Of a stretch of 64,000 nt of DNA, positions 28,117-38,015 are shown in pieces. The position numbers and the translations under genes are program-made. The stretch's first letter is position 1; every line of letters starts with the position of its first letter. Source of the DNA: Bacteroidaceae bacterium. GTDB lineage: Bacteria; Bacteroidota; Bacteroidia; Bacteroidales; Bacteroidaceae. The notes beneath the pieces were generated by a model. It had not been told where the DNA came from, ran no database searches, and saw nothing but the letters and a program-made list of their open reading frames with translations. Location: positions 26,892 to 90,891 of the forward strand of contig JAFUOP010000005.1 in NCBI GenBank assembly GCA_017481875.1, in the 5' to 3' direction.

Positions 28117-29191
28117 TTTTTATCCATTGATTTATACCGCGTTGCGACGCAATAAACGCCCCACCGACAATAATATTACCATTATAAAAAACAGCCGACT
28201 GCCCGGGTGTAACAGCCGACACACTCTCCAAGAGGTGCAACAGCCAAAGCCCGTCGGCAACTTTTACCGGTGGTTCACAGGGAACAGGGCGACTACGGTA
28301 GCGCACCCGCACCTGCAGGTTATCGCACGGTGCACCGCCCACCCACGAAGGCTCCTCAACGAGCATATAAGACGCCTTTAGCTGCTCCTCCGTGCCCAGC
28401 ATTACTGTGTTTTTGGCAGGGTTTATTTTAAGGACATAAGCAGGGTAGCCAAGAGCTATACCCAAGCCTTTACGCTGCCCTATTGTGTAAAACGGGAAGC
28501 CGGCGTGCCGCCCTATTACCCGCCCGGCACTATCAACAAAAGCACCACCGGCATACTCGGCATCGATATTGGGGATATTTTCACGCAAGAAATCGCGATA
28601 ATCACCGGGAATAAAACACACCTCCATACTCTCGCCCTCCTCGGCAGCTTTCTCAAGCCCATGCTCTTTTAAATAGAGAAGCACATTTTTTTTATCCCAC
28701 TCGCCCAAAGGAAAAAGCACACGGCCGAGCTGTTCCTGCGTGAGCCTCCACAAGAAATAGCTTTGGTCTTTGCGATAGTCGCTACCGGCACAAATATACA
28801 CCTTTTCATCGATGTTTTTCAGCTGCACATAGTGCCCCGTGGCAATATTGTGGCAGCCTAGTTTATCGGCCCACTCTTGCAACACCTTAAACTTTATTGA
28901 CGGGTTGCAATTGACACAAGGATTAGGGGTAAGCCCCTGCAAATATGCGTCGATAAACGGCTGAACGACTGCAGCACGGAACTCTGCACGAATATCGGCA
29001 ACATAGTGTTCTATACCCAACTTTTTTGCAAGCAGAGCCGCATCAGCGGCTGCTTTTAAGGAGGCATCGCAAGTTACAAGGGTGAGACCACTCACGCGGT
29101 AACCCTGCTCAAGCAACAGGCTGCACACAGCCGTGCTGTCTATGCCACCACTCATACCCACAAGCACACTCTTTGAGTTACGTTCTATCAT
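28106..29191 (-). CDS. mnmA: tRNA 2-thiouridine(34) synthase
   Basis: 361 aa with the PP-loop motif [12 protein letters not shown]. It overlaps the xseA start by 11 nt. Confidence 0.93.
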   Translation of the reverse strand: MIERNSKSVLVGMSGGIDSTAVCSLLLEQGYRVSGLTLVTCDASLKAAADAALLAKKLGIEHYVADIRAEFRAAVVQPFIDAYLQGLTPNPCVNCNPSIKFKVLQEWADKLGCHNIATGHYVQLKNIDEKVYICAGSDYRKDQSYFLWRLTQEQLGRVLFPLGEWDKKNVLLYLKEHGLEKAAEEGESMEVCFIPGDYRDFLRENIPNIDAEYAGGAFVDSAGRVIGRHAGFPFYTIGQRKGLGIALGYPAYVLKINPAKNTVMLGTEEQLKASYMLVEEPSWVGGAPCDNLQVRVRYRSRPVPCEPPVKVADGLWLLHLLESVSAVTPGQSAVFYNGNIIVGGAFIASQRGINQWIKNDD

Positions 29192-29281
29192 TGCCTTAAA
29201 CTTAACGATTATTTACTCCGATAAAAAAGGGGAAAACATAAAAAAACGAATAAACTTCTTTTTTCTGCCCGCCTCTTTCAT

Positions 29282-29300
29282 TATCTTTGTTGCAAAGATA
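29282..29300. promoter_or_regulatory. 19-bp perfect palindrome TATCTTTGTTGCAAAGATA carrying two opposed -7 boxes (MATE gene rightward, mnmA leftward)
   Basis: TATCTTTG lies on the plus strand at 29282-29289 and on the minus strand at 29293-29300. The MATE ATG is at 29318 and the mnmA ATG at 29191. Confidence 0.4.
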
Positions 29301-29317
29301 TACATTTTAACACATTT

Positions 29318-30688
29318 ATGAACGAGGCAACAAAGAAAAAAGTTCCCACCGAGCTTGGGACCGAGAAAGTGAGCAAACTACTCACACAATATGCAATTCC
29401 CGCTATTATAGCACAAACAGCCGCGTCGCTCTATAATATGATAGATAGCATTTTCATAGGGCAAGGTGTGGGAGCACTGGCTATTTCGGGCCTTGCCACC
29501 ACTTTCCCGTTTATGAACCTTTCGGCAGCCTTTGGAGCGATGGTGGGCCTGGGAGGTGCCACACAATTGTCTGTGAAGCTTGGGCAAAGGGACTATGAAT
29601 CGGCAAAGCTCATTCTGGGCAACATTGTAACGCTTAATTTCATTGTAGGAACGCTGTTTGCGGGTGTTTCATTGCTTTTCCTCGACGAGGTGCTCTTTTT
29701 CTTTGGGGCAAGCGAAGCAACCCTGCCATACGCTCGCAGTTTTATGGAGGTTATTTTGCTTGGAAACATTGTTACGCACCTGTATTTTGGTATAAACGCA
29801 GCCCTGCGAGCTTCGGGGCACCCGCGCCAGGCAATGATTGCCACAATTATAACCGTTATTGCCAATATTATTCTTGCGCCGATATTCATTTACCTGTTTA
29901 ACTGGGGAATAAGAGGAGCCGCCCTTGCCACAATTCTGGCGCAATGCACCACACTTATATGGCAGATACGCCTGCTGAGCAACCCTAATGAGCTGCTACA
30001 CCTGCAACGTGGAATATACAAATTAAAGAAAGAGGTTGTGAAAGCTATCTTAAGCATTGGAATGTCGCCTTTCTTTATAAATGCTGCTGCTTGCCTTGTG
30101 GTTATAATTGTAAACAAAGGGTTGCGCACCTACAGTGCCGACGGCGACATATCTATTGCCGCATATGGAATTTCAAACCGCGTGGCATTTATTTTTGTAA
30201 TGATAGTGCTGGGCCTCACACAAGGAATGCAACCAATTGTGGGCTACAACTATGGTGCCAAGCAGTACAAGCGTGTTACAGAAGCACTAAAGCTCACCTG
30301 TATATGCGCCAGCGTAGTTATGATTATCGGGTTTATTCTAAATGAATTTATCCCCGAGATTATTGCACGGGCATTTACCACTGACAAAGCACTCATTGCA
30401 AGCTCGGCAAAGGCTATGCGAGTGATGTCGCTTGTAATGCCTCTTATTGGTTTTCAAATGGTAACAACAAACTTCTTCCAGAGCATTGGTATGGTAAAGA
30501 AATCTATTTTCCTTTCACTCACCCGCCAGATGCTGTTCCTCATTCCCTTGTTGCTCATTTTACCACTGTTCCACGGCGAGGACGGTGTGTGGTACAGCAT
30601 GCCTATTTCCGATTTTGTTGCCGCCGTGCTCACAATAGTGATGCTAAAGATACAATTCGACACTTGGAGAAAAAAAGCACTTATTTAA
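29318..30688 (+). CDS. MATE-family efflux transporter
   Basis: 456 aa with 12 predicted transmembrane segments. The N-terminal region LLTQYAIPAIIAQTAASLYNMIDSIFIG is typical of MATE/NorM proteins. Confidence 0.88.
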   Translation: MNEATKKKVPTELGTEKVSKLLTQYAIPAIIAQTAASLYNMIDSIFIGQGVGALAISGLATTFPFMNLSAAFGAMVGLGGATQLSVKLGQRDYESAKLILGNIVTLNFIVGTLFAGVSLLFLDEVLFFFGASEATLPYARSFMEVILLGNIVTHLYFGINAALRASGHPRQAMIATIITVIANIILAPIFIYLFNWGIRGAALATILAQCTTLIWQIRLLSNPNELLHLQRGIYKLKKEVVKAILSIGMSPFFINAAACLVVIIVNKGLRTYSADGDISIAAYGISNRVAFIFVMIVLGLTQGMQPIVGYNYGAKQYKRVTEALKLTCICASVVMIIGFILNEFIPEIIARAFTTDKALIASSAKAMRVMSLVMPLIGFQMVTTNFFQSIGMVKKSIFLSLTRQMLFLIPLLLILPLFHGEDGVWYSMPISDFVAAVLTIVMLKIQFDTWRKKALI

Positions 30689-30709
30689 GAAAAACTAATA
30701 ACAGATAAT

Positions 30710-31333
30710 ATGGAAAAAATTGTAATCACCATAGGCCGCCAATTGGGCAGCGGAGGCAAGAAGATTGCCGAAAAAGTGGGAGAAAAAATGCTTCTTCCAA
30801 TATATGACAAAAAACTGCTTGAAGCTGCCGCAAGGGAAAGCGGGCTCGACGCCAGCGTATTCGCCGGAGCCGACGAGAAAGAATCCGATAGTTTTTTAAG
30901 CGGGCTATTCAGCATACACGGTTCACTCTCCAATTTCCTTTCGGGCGGTGGCAGTTGCATGGAGAGCGACCAGCTTTTTCAAATACAGAGCGAAGCTATA
31001 AGAAACATTGCACAACGCGAGAGCTGCATAATTATAGGCCGTTGTGCCGAATATGTACTGCGCGACCACCCTCGTATGTTGAGTATCTTTATCACTGCCG
31101 ACAGCAACGACCGCATACGACGCATTGCACGCAAGGAGAGAACCGGAGAAGAGGAGGCACGCGAGCTTATGGAGAGAGGCGACAAGAAGCGTCGTTCATA
31201 CCACGACTATTATGCCACAACACATTGGGGAGAAGCTTCTGCATATGACCTATGCATAAATTCGTCGTTGTTGGGCATAGAGGGCACAGCCGATTTTATA
31301 TGTAACTTCATACGCACGCACTTCGGGCTATGA
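30710..31333 (+). CDS. Cytidylate kinase-like family protein (AAA/P-loop kinase fold)
   Basis: 207 aa starting MEKIVITIGRQLGSGGKKIAEKV, typical of the Bacteroidales cytidylate kinase-like family. Confidence 0.75.
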   Translation: MEKIVITIGRQLGSGGKKIAEKVGEKMLLPIYDKKLLEAAARESGLDASVFAGADEKESDSFLSGLFSIHGSLSNFLSGGGSCMESDQLFQIQSEAIRNIAQRESCIIIGRCAEYVLRDHPRMLSIFITADSNDRIRRIARKERTGEEEARELMERGDKKRRSYHDYYATTHWGEASAYDLCINSSLLGIEGTADFICNFIRTHFGL

Positions 31334-31818
31334 AGCGAATCGGCCTGCTGAGCGACACCCACAGCTGGTGGGACGACCGCTACCTCACCCACTTCAACGA
31401 CTGCGACGAGATATGGCACGCCGGCGACATAGGCTCAATGCGCATAATTGAGCAGCTTGAGGCACACTGTCCGGTAAGAGCCGTTTGCGGTAACATAGAT
31501 GGCCCCGAGGTACGTTTCCGCTTTTCCGAGGTAGCAAGGTTCAGCATAGAGGGGTGCAACGTGCTAATGAAACACATTGGCGGTTACCCCGGGCACTACG
31601 ATGCATCGATACGCAATGCAATATACAAAGAACGGCCACAACTTTTTATATCGGGGCACTCACACATACTAAAGGTGATGTACGACAAGCTCATTGGCTG
31701 CCTGCACATAAACCCGGGAGCGGCAGGCAAGCAGGGGTGGCAACAGGTGCGCACACTTGTTAAATTCACCATTGACAACGGCTCCTTCAAAGACGTTGAA
31801 GTAATTGAACTTGCATAG
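31330..31818 (+). CDS. YfcE/MJ0936-type metallophosphoesterase
   Basis: 162 aa with the motifs LSDTHS, HAGDIG, GNID and SGHSH. It overlaps the upstream gene by 4 nt. Confidence 0.85.
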   Translation: MKRIGLLSDTHSWWDDRYLTHFNDCDEIWHAGDIGSMRIIEQLEAHCPVRAVCGNIDGPEVRFRFSEVARFSIEGCNVLMKHIGGYPGHYDASIRNAIYKERPQLFISGHSHILKVMYDKLIGCLHINPGAAGKQGWQQVRTLVKFTIDNGSFKDVEVIELA

Positions 31819-31837
31819 ATAAACACACTATACATTT

Positions 31838-33880
31838 ATGATAAAAAGACTTTTGCTAAGCGCAATGGCCTGCATTGCCATTGCCACCACATTTGCCGAC
31901 GAAGGAATGTGGCTGCCCAACAACATTAAAGAACGCATAAAATATATGCGCAGAATGGGTTTTAAACTGAAAGCCGACGATATATACTCGGCCGATAAAG
32001 CGTCGCTGAAAGATGCCGTTGTACAATTCGGTGGCGGCTGTACCGGAGAGTTTGTTTCGGAGCAGGGATTGCTGCTCACCAACCATCACTGCGGCTACAG
32101 CTCCATACAAAAGCTGTCGTCGGTGGAGCACGACTACCTCACCTATGGCTACTGGGCGCAATCTATGGCCGATGAGCTACCCGTTCCGGGGCTTACGGTG
32201 AGCCTGCTTGTGAGCATGGAAGATGTAACCGAGAGGCTTGCCACAGGAGAAAAAAAAGAGGAAATAATTGCTGCAGCAATAAATGGAGAGGGCTACCGCG
32301 CATCTATTGAAAGCATATACTACGGCAACCAACATATTTTATATGTTTACCAAACCTACCGCGATGTGCGCCTGGTGGGTGCTCCCCCCTCTTCAATAGG
32401 AAAATTCGGCGGAGATACCGATAACTGGATATGGCCACGACACACAGGAGATTTTTCGATATTCCGTGTTTATGCCGGCAAAGACAACCAACCCGCCGAC
32501 TACAGCGAGGAGAATGTACCCTACCGCCCCAAGAGACACTTTAAGATATCGACCAATGGGGTACAAGAAGGTGATTTCACAATGATTTACGGCTTTCCCG
32601 GCAACACACAGGAGTATGTGATTTCCGACGCCGTGGAGTACGTAGCGAATGTTTCCAACCCAATGAAAATAGCCCTGCGCACACAACGCTTGGAGACTAT
32701 CACCGAAGCACAAGCCAAAGACCCGGCAGTGCGAATAGCCTATGCAGCCAAGCACGCCAACATTGCCAACAGCTGGAAAAAATGGCAAGGAGAGAGCTTG
32801 GGCCTTGAGCGACTAGGCACAATTGAAAAGAAAAAGAGATATGAGGCCGACTTTGCGGTGTGGGCAGCCACCAAACCCGAATATTCAACACTGCTCGACT
32901 CTATGCGCACTGCTTATGCAAACTGCACAAAGGGGTATTTCGTGCGCGAGCTTTTCAATGAATCGGTAGGAGCCATTGAGGCATACGGCATAGCGCACAA
33001 ACTGAGACAGGCGACATCGACAACTGCCGAAGAGCAGCTTGCCTACCGCCAAAAATTACTCAAGGACTATAACCCTGAGATTGACCGCACCATTGCCCGA
33101 CAGATGCTTACAGAGTTTATTGCACGTATGCCCAAAGAGGATATTCCGCAAGTACTGACCAAAGGCATTGAGAACTGTGGCAGCATAGAAAAGTATATAG
33201 ACAGCCTTTACAACAACACCAAAATTCTGGGTTCTGCAGTTTTAAAAAACGAAGAATTAATGGCAGACCCAATGCTGGAGTTTGAAAACATATTCACAAA
33301 CACGGTAGAGAGGAACAAAGCATATGTTTACCGCAATATAAGCAACGTGCCCGCAATAGAAAAATGGTATAAAACATATATGCAGGCACTGCGCGAGTGG
33401 GACAGCGAGAGAGCATTCTACCCCGATGCCAACTTTACACTGCGTGTGGCATACGGCACTATTTGTGGCTATGAGAATGCCGACGGTGAGTACCACACCC
33501 ACTTATCGACTTTAGATGGAGTAATTGCGAAAGAGAACCCTGCGATTTACGACTACGACATACCACAGGAGCTGCGCGACATATACAAGAACAAGGATTA
33601 CGGCCGTTGGAGCATAAACAAAAACGGCAGCCCCACTGTACCTGTATGCTTCCTTGCGTCGAACCATACATCGGGTGGAAATTCGGGCTCACCTGTAATA
33701 AACGGCAAAGGTGAACTTGTGGGCATAAACTTTGACCGCACGTGGCGTTCTACTATGAGCGACATTGAGTTCGACCCCTCTATCTGCCGCAACATTTCGG
33801 TAGATATACGCTATGTTCTTTTTGTAGTCGATCGTTTAGGACACGCCCAATACCTGCTCGATGAGCTTAAAGTAAACTAA
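31838..33880 (+). CDS. S46-family dipeptidyl-peptidase (DPP7/DPP11 family; DPP11-like S1 residue)
   Basis: 680 aa. A signal peptide is followed by DEGMWLP. The catalytic His lies in TNHHCG and the catalytic Ser in GGNSGSPV. An Arg sits 18 residues after the Ser (INFDRTW). Confidence 0.88.
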   Translation: MIKRLLLSAMACIAIATTFADEGMWLPNNIKERIKYMRRMGFKLKADDIYSADKASLKDAVVQFGGGCTGEFVSEQGLLLTNHHCGYSSIQKLSSVEHDYLTYGYWAQSMADELPVPGLTVSLLVSMEDVTERLATGEKKEEIIAAAINGEGYRASIESIYYGNQHILYVYQTYRDVRLVGAPPSSIGKFGGDTDNWIWPRHTGDFSIFRVYAGKDNQPADYSEENVPYRPKRHFKISTNGVQEGDFTMIYGFPGNTQEYVISDAVEYVANVSNPMKIALRTQRLETITEAQAKDPAVRIAYAAKHANIANSWKKWQGESLGLERLGTIEKKKRYEADFAVWAATKPEYSTLLDSMRTAYANCTKGYFVRELFNESVGAIEAYGIAHKLRQATSTTAEEQLAYRQKLLKDYNPEIDRTIARQMLTEFIARMPKEDIPQVLTKGIENCGSIEKYIDSLYNNTKILGSAVLKNEELMADPMLEFENIFTNTVERNKAYVYRNISNVPAIEKWYKTYMQALREWDSERAFYPDANFTLRVAYGTICGYENADGEYHTHLSTLDGVIAKENPAIYDYDIPQELRDIYKNKDYGRWSINKNGSPTVPVCFLASNHTSGGNSGSPVINGKGELVGINFDRTWRSTMSDIEFDPSICRNISVDIRYVLFVVDRLGHAQYLLDELKVN

Positions 33881-33893
33881 GTTATTTATATAT

Positions 33894-33931
33894 AAAAAGA
33901 TGTCGGCCCCAAGCGGAACCGACATCTTTTT
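33894..33931. terminator. Bidirectional terminator between the convergent S46 peptidase and endonuclease genes
   Basis: aaaaagatgtcgg / ccgacatcttttt, a 13-bp stem with a 12-nt loop. Confidence 0.7.
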
Positions 33932-33946
33932 TGTATATATGGTTCA

Positions 33947-35995
33947 TTATTTCTTATATACTTTCTTGCCCGAAACAATGTAAAAACCACCGGGCAGCCC
34001 TTCGAGCGCTGCAGAAGGATTGGCAGCGGCACGCACCTTAACGCCTTGCAAGGTATATACATCGACCGCTGTTTCAGCCTCAACCAAGACATCCTCTACC
34101 GATGTGGTGCTCACAGGAGATTTTGCATAAATAGTTACCGACTTTTGCGTTCCTTTATAGCAAGAGAAACGCGGTGAAGAGGTATTGTACTGCAAAATAT
34201 TACGTGTAAACGCGCCTTGCGCAGTAACTACAGCACCGTCGGCAGCAATATCTATAAGCCAACTTGCATCGTCGCTAATCTCATTATTCGAATATATATA
34301 ATTACTGCTGCTCGATGCCGCTGCCAAGTACAAACCATCGGCATTAAATGCAAAGGTGCCATCGACAGAGCCCTCTTCGAGCACAATTTTCTGTGTTCCT
34401 TCCGGGTATGAGGTAATTGCACCAGCCTCTATAACCGCACCCTGGACACTTGTACGGTACTTGCCCGTCTCCGACTGCGCACCCATAACAATGTCGGTGT
34501 AGGCAATAATTATAGAATCACCTACTGTGAGAGTGGAAGCATCGGTTACAAGGGTAAATTTATCGAACGGATAATTGCCACCATTGCCCGCACTGCCTGT
34601 GTTATCGTCGCCATCATCGGTATCATCACCGGTGTTGTCATCGCCACCGTCGTTTTCACCTTTTTTAGATGTGAGAATAACATTCTTCAACTGCCAGGTA
34701 CCGGCCTTGCTTTCTGTTCCCACATACTTAAATGCCACTGTTACACCGTCTTTACCCAAGAATTCTGCGGGGATAGCCACCTCACCTGTTGATGTGTATG
34801 TCCAGTCGGTATTGTTTTGTACTATTGAGAAATCTATAACCTCCCAGGACGCTGTTGCAACATCACCTGTGTAGTTGTCGCTTATGAGCAATTGATTGCG
34901 CTCGGCAAGCTTGCCCGATTCATTGTACCTTGTTACATATTCAAATGAAATGACAGCCTCGCCTGCATTTGAGAAATCTATGGGCGCAGATATCAACCAG
35001 CTCTCTGCTGCATGGTTCACACTCGACTCATAAGAAGAGACGCAGGCTACACCATACTTTACAGCCCAAGGGTAGCTGCCCACAGCCTCAACAGCAGTAA
35101 ACTGGCCTAAATCGGAAGAGAAGGCCTCCATAATGTGAACAGTAGTATTTGCATCTACAACGGGGGTGCCTCCACCGGTTACTGCACCATCGAGGTTAAA
35201 TGTGTAATTGACAGAGTCGCCCCAAACATATTCTGCAAGTTGCGGGTAGTCGATATATGGGTTGCGGTTGCCCTGAATTTCGTACACAGCATTGTTGCGG
35301 TCTATCTCTTTTTGACTTACAGGGTCTTGCTTGTTCCACTTTAGCAACAACTCAACAGCCCACGGCCTTAATGTGGGATAAGCACTGTTTTCGTAGTTCA
35401 TCCAGGTATATTCAAACGAAAGATTCTGGTAGCAGGTGAACATATACATATATGTACGCGCAAAATCGCCTTTATACTCGTCGCACGGCTCAAAAGCACT
35501 CACGCTGCTGCCGTTTATTGTAGCCTTTCCCACGTATGTAACACCGTTGTCCCATGAGACCGATTCAAGCTCGGCCAGGGGAAAGTTACCCTTGCGGCTA
35601 TTGGCGTTTTGGTCCGAGGGGTTGAGGTGGTGAAGGTCGCAGTAGGCGTCGTTCTTTGTACCACCCCACCAGCTTTTGGGCAGGCTATGCTCAATATTCA
35701 TACCACTTATTGCAGAGCCTTTATCTCCAAAGTAGCGCACTTCGGAAGAATACATATCATATACCTGGTTGGTAGCAGGGTTACGGTCGGTAGAATAGAA
35801 TGCACCCCAGGTGGAGGCGGTGCCGCTACCATATGAGATGCGCTCGTGCACTTTTATAAGATTATACAACGCATTTTTCAGTGTAGCTCCACCGGCCACA
35901 CCATCTACTGAGGTATAATACTGTGATTGTGCTGTTGCTAATGCCGAAAATAATATAGCAACGATAAAACAGATGTTTTTCTTTGTAATTTGCAT
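33947..35995 (-). CDS. Secreted endonuclease I (EndA/NucM family) fused to uncharacterised beta-rich domains and a T9SS C-terminal sorting domain
   Basis: It starts MQITKKNICFIVAILFSALATAQS. Endonuclease I motifs are MNIEHSLPKSWWGG and DLHHLNPSDQNANSRKGNFP. It has an acidic linker GENDGGDDNTGDDTDDGDDNTGSAGNGGN and a C-terminal end VYTLQGVKV...GGFYIVSGKKVYKK. Confidence 0.82.
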   Translation of the reverse strand: MQITKKNICFIVAILFSALATAQSQYYTSVDGVAGGATLKNALYNLIKVHERISYGSGTASTWGAFYSTDRNPATNQVYDMYSSEVRYFGDKGSAISGMNIEHSLPKSWWGGTKNDAYCDLHHLNPSDQNANSRKGNFPLAELESVSWDNGVTYVGKATINGSSVSAFEPCDEYKGDFARTYMYMFTCYQNLSFEYTWMNYENSAYPTLRPWAVELLLKWNKQDPVSQKEIDRNNAVYEIQGNRNPYIDYPQLAEYVWGDSVNYTFNLDGAVTGGGTPVVDANTTVHIMEAFSSDLGQFTAVEAVGSYPWAVKYGVACVSSYESSVNHAAESWLISAPIDFSNAGEAVISFEYVTRYNESGKLAERNQLLISDNYTGDVATASWEVIDFSIVQNNTDWTYTSTGEVAIPAEFLGKDGVTVAFKYVGTESKAGTWQLKNVILTSKKGENDGGDDNTGDDTDDGDDNTGSAGNGGNYPFDKFTLVTDASTLTVGDSIIIAYTDIVMGAQSETGKYRTSVQGAVIEAGAITSYPEGTQKIVLEEGSVDGTFAFNADGLYLAAASSSSNYIYSNNEISDDASWLIDIAADGAVVTAQGAFTRNILQYNTSSPRFSCYKGTQKSVTIYAKSPVSTTSVEDVLVEAETAVDVYTLQGVKVRAAANPSAALEGLPGGFYIVSGKKVYKK

Positions 35996-36102
35996 AGCTG
36001 TATATCTTTCAAAGTCGTGTTTACAAAATTTAGCAATATAAAGATAGCGCAAAGTTAAAGTTTATTTTTTAGAATATTGCGCGTTCTTATAAAATATATT
36101 TA

Positions 36103-36110
36103 TAACTTTG
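36103..36110 (+). promoter_or_regulatory. -7 promoter box TAACTTTG upstream of mutA
   Basis: Exact TAnnTTTG match, 52 nt upstream of the MEKEKEKLF start. It overlaps the ORF-track start at 36108, which I therefore reject. Confidence 0.4.
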
Positions 36111-36161
36111 TGTTTCGAACATTTAAAAACAAGGAATATTTATTTCACTAAACTCAATAAT

Positions 36162-38003
36162 ATGGAAAAGGAAAAAGAGAAACTTTTTAGTGAATTCTCG
36201 CCTGTTACCGCAGAGAGATGGAAAGAAAAAATTGTGGAGGACCTTAAAGGTGCCGACTACGACAAGAAGATGATATGGAGAACAAGTGAGGGATTCAGTG
36301 TAAACCCCTTCTACCGCAAAGAAGATATAACAAAGGGCATTGCCGATGCACTGCCCGGCCAATTCCCTTATACACGTGGCTGCAAGGCCGACAACAAGTG
36401 GCTCATAAGAACAGAACTCACCACTGACAACCCCGCAGAAGCCAATGAAAAAGCGCACAAACTTATAAAGGAAGGCGTTACAGCTATCGGCTTCAAAGTG
36501 AAGGGTAAAATGGTGTCGGCCGAATTTATAGAGCAACTGCTTGCCGGGATAGATGCACAGACCGTGGAGCTGAACTTCGACGTATGCCTTAAACGCACAG
36601 CCGATTTTGCCGCCCACTTTGTTGCTTACTGCAAAGCTCAAGGATTCGACCTCGCACGTGTACGTGGCTCGCTCAGCTACGACCCTATAGGCAAAGAACT
36701 GTGCAAAGGAGTGGCAATAGAAGATTATGCACAAACAGCAAAAGAGATAATAGCAGCCGTGCAGGAACTGCCATTGTTCCGCAGCCTTGCCGTGAACAGC
36801 GCAAAGCTATGCAACAGCGGTGCATACATAACCCAGGAGCTTGGCTATGCCCTTGCGTGGGGCAACGACTATATGCAGGCAACGACAGAGGCCGGCGTGC
36901 CCGCAGAGGTAGCTGCAAACAGCATTAAATTCAATATGGGAATATCAAGCAATTTCTTTATGGAGATTGCAAAATTCCGTGCGGCACGTATGCTGTGGGC
37001 AAAGATTGCCGAGCAATACACCCCCTGCAAAGAGAGTTGTAAAATGGCTGTTCACGCCGAGACGACATCGTTCAACCTCACTCTGTTCGATTCTTACGTG
37101 AACATGCTGCGCACACAAACCGAGGCTATGAGTGCCGCCATTGCGGGAGTGGATTCTATTACTGTAAGGCCCTACGACTCGGTATATGAGACACCTAGCG
37201 ATTTTGCAGTGAGAATTGCAAAAAACCAGCAACTTATTCTTAAACACGAGAGCCACATAGATGCTGTGGCCGACCCCGCGGGCGGGTCGTACTACGTGGA
37301 GAGCCTCACAGCCTCAATAGCAAAAGAGGCCTGGAGAATATTCCTGGAGACAGAGCAGAACGGAGGATTCCAAGCTATGGTCAGAAGCGGCAAGATACAG
37401 GAGATAATGGAAAAGACCGGCGACGACCGTCGCACTGCCCTTGCACGCCGCAAAGAGATACTGCTCGGCACCAACCAATACCCCAACTTTGGCGAAACAT
37501 CGGAGGGCAAAACACCTATGGAAGAAAAATGCGCCTGTGGCGGGCATTCACACTCTTGCGGTGGGCTAAAAGCCACCCGCTTGGGTGAGGAGTTTGAACA
37601 ACTGCGCCTTGCCACCGAGGCAAGCGGCCGCCGCCCCAAAGCATTTATGCTCACGATAGGCAACCTTGCCATGAGACAGGCCAGAGCACAATTCTCGTGC
37701 AATTTCCTTGCAGCTGCGGGCTACGAGGTTATAGACAATCTTGGGTTCAAGAGTGTTGAAGAGGGCGCGAAAGCCGCTTTGGAAGCAAACGCCGATATTG
37801 TGGTGATTTGTTCGAGCGATGACGAGTATGCCGAGTATGCAATCCCCGCTTATGAAGCTGTAAAGGACAAAGCAATATTCATTGTGGCAGGCGCACCCGC
37901 CTGCAGCGAGGAGCTAAAAGCTGCCGGCATTGAAAACTTTATTCACGTGAGAGTAAACGTATTGGAGACTTTGAAGTCTCTTAACGCCAAGTTGGGTATT
38001 TAA
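36162..38003 (+). CDS. mutA: Methylmalonyl-CoA mutase, small (beta) subunit
   Basis: 613 aa starting MEKEKEKLFSEFSPVTAERWKEKIVEDLKGADYDKKMIW. It is paralogous to the downstream large subunit ([14 protein letters not shown]) and has a degenerate B12-binding C-terminal domain. Confidence 0.9.
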   Translation: MEKEKEKLFSEFSPVTAERWKEKIVEDLKGADYDKKMIWRTSEGFSVNPFYRKEDITKGIADALPGQFPYTRGCKADNKWLIRTELTTDNPAEANEKAHKLIKEGVTAIGFKVKGKMVSAEFIEQLLAGIDAQTVELNFDVCLKRTADFAAHFVAYCKAQGFDLARVRGSLSYDPIGKELCKGVAIEDYAQTAKEIIAAVQELPLFRSLAVNSAKLCNSGAYITQELGYALAWGNDYMQATTEAGVPAEVAANSIKFNMGISSNFFMEIAKFRAARMLWAKIAEQYTPCKESCKMAVHAETTSFNLTLFDSYVNMLRTQTEAMSAAIAGVDSITVRPYDSVYETPSDFAVRIAKNQQLILKHESHIDAVADPAGGSYYVESLTASIAKEAWRIFLETEQNGGFQAMVRSGKIQEIMEKTGDDRRTALARRKEILLGTNQYPNFGETSEGKTPMEEKCACGGHSHSCGGLKATRLGEEFEQLRLATEASGRRPKAFMLTIGNLAMRQARAQFSCNFLAAAGYEVIDNLGFKSVEEGAKAALEANADIVVICSSDDEYAEYAIPAYEAVKDKAIFIVAGAPACSEELKAAGIENFIHVRVNVLETLKSLNAKLGI

Positions 38004-38015
38004 CAAAAAAGAACT

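Noticed and set aside
27121-28155. Long antisense ORFs from the six-frame track. Examples: 344 aa opposite xseA; 228 aa at 21645-22331 opposite trmB; 192 aa at 23314-23892 opposite ilvE; 222 aa at 9143-9811 opposite the DsbD-like gene; 236 aa at 3054-3764 opposite thrA; 203 aa at 36123-36734 opposite mutA.
   Set aside because: Each lies entirely within a confidently identified gene on the other strand. Their compositions are biased (Cys, His and Arg rich) and show no recognisable motifs. They lack their own promoter boxes. This is typical shadow-ORF behaviour.
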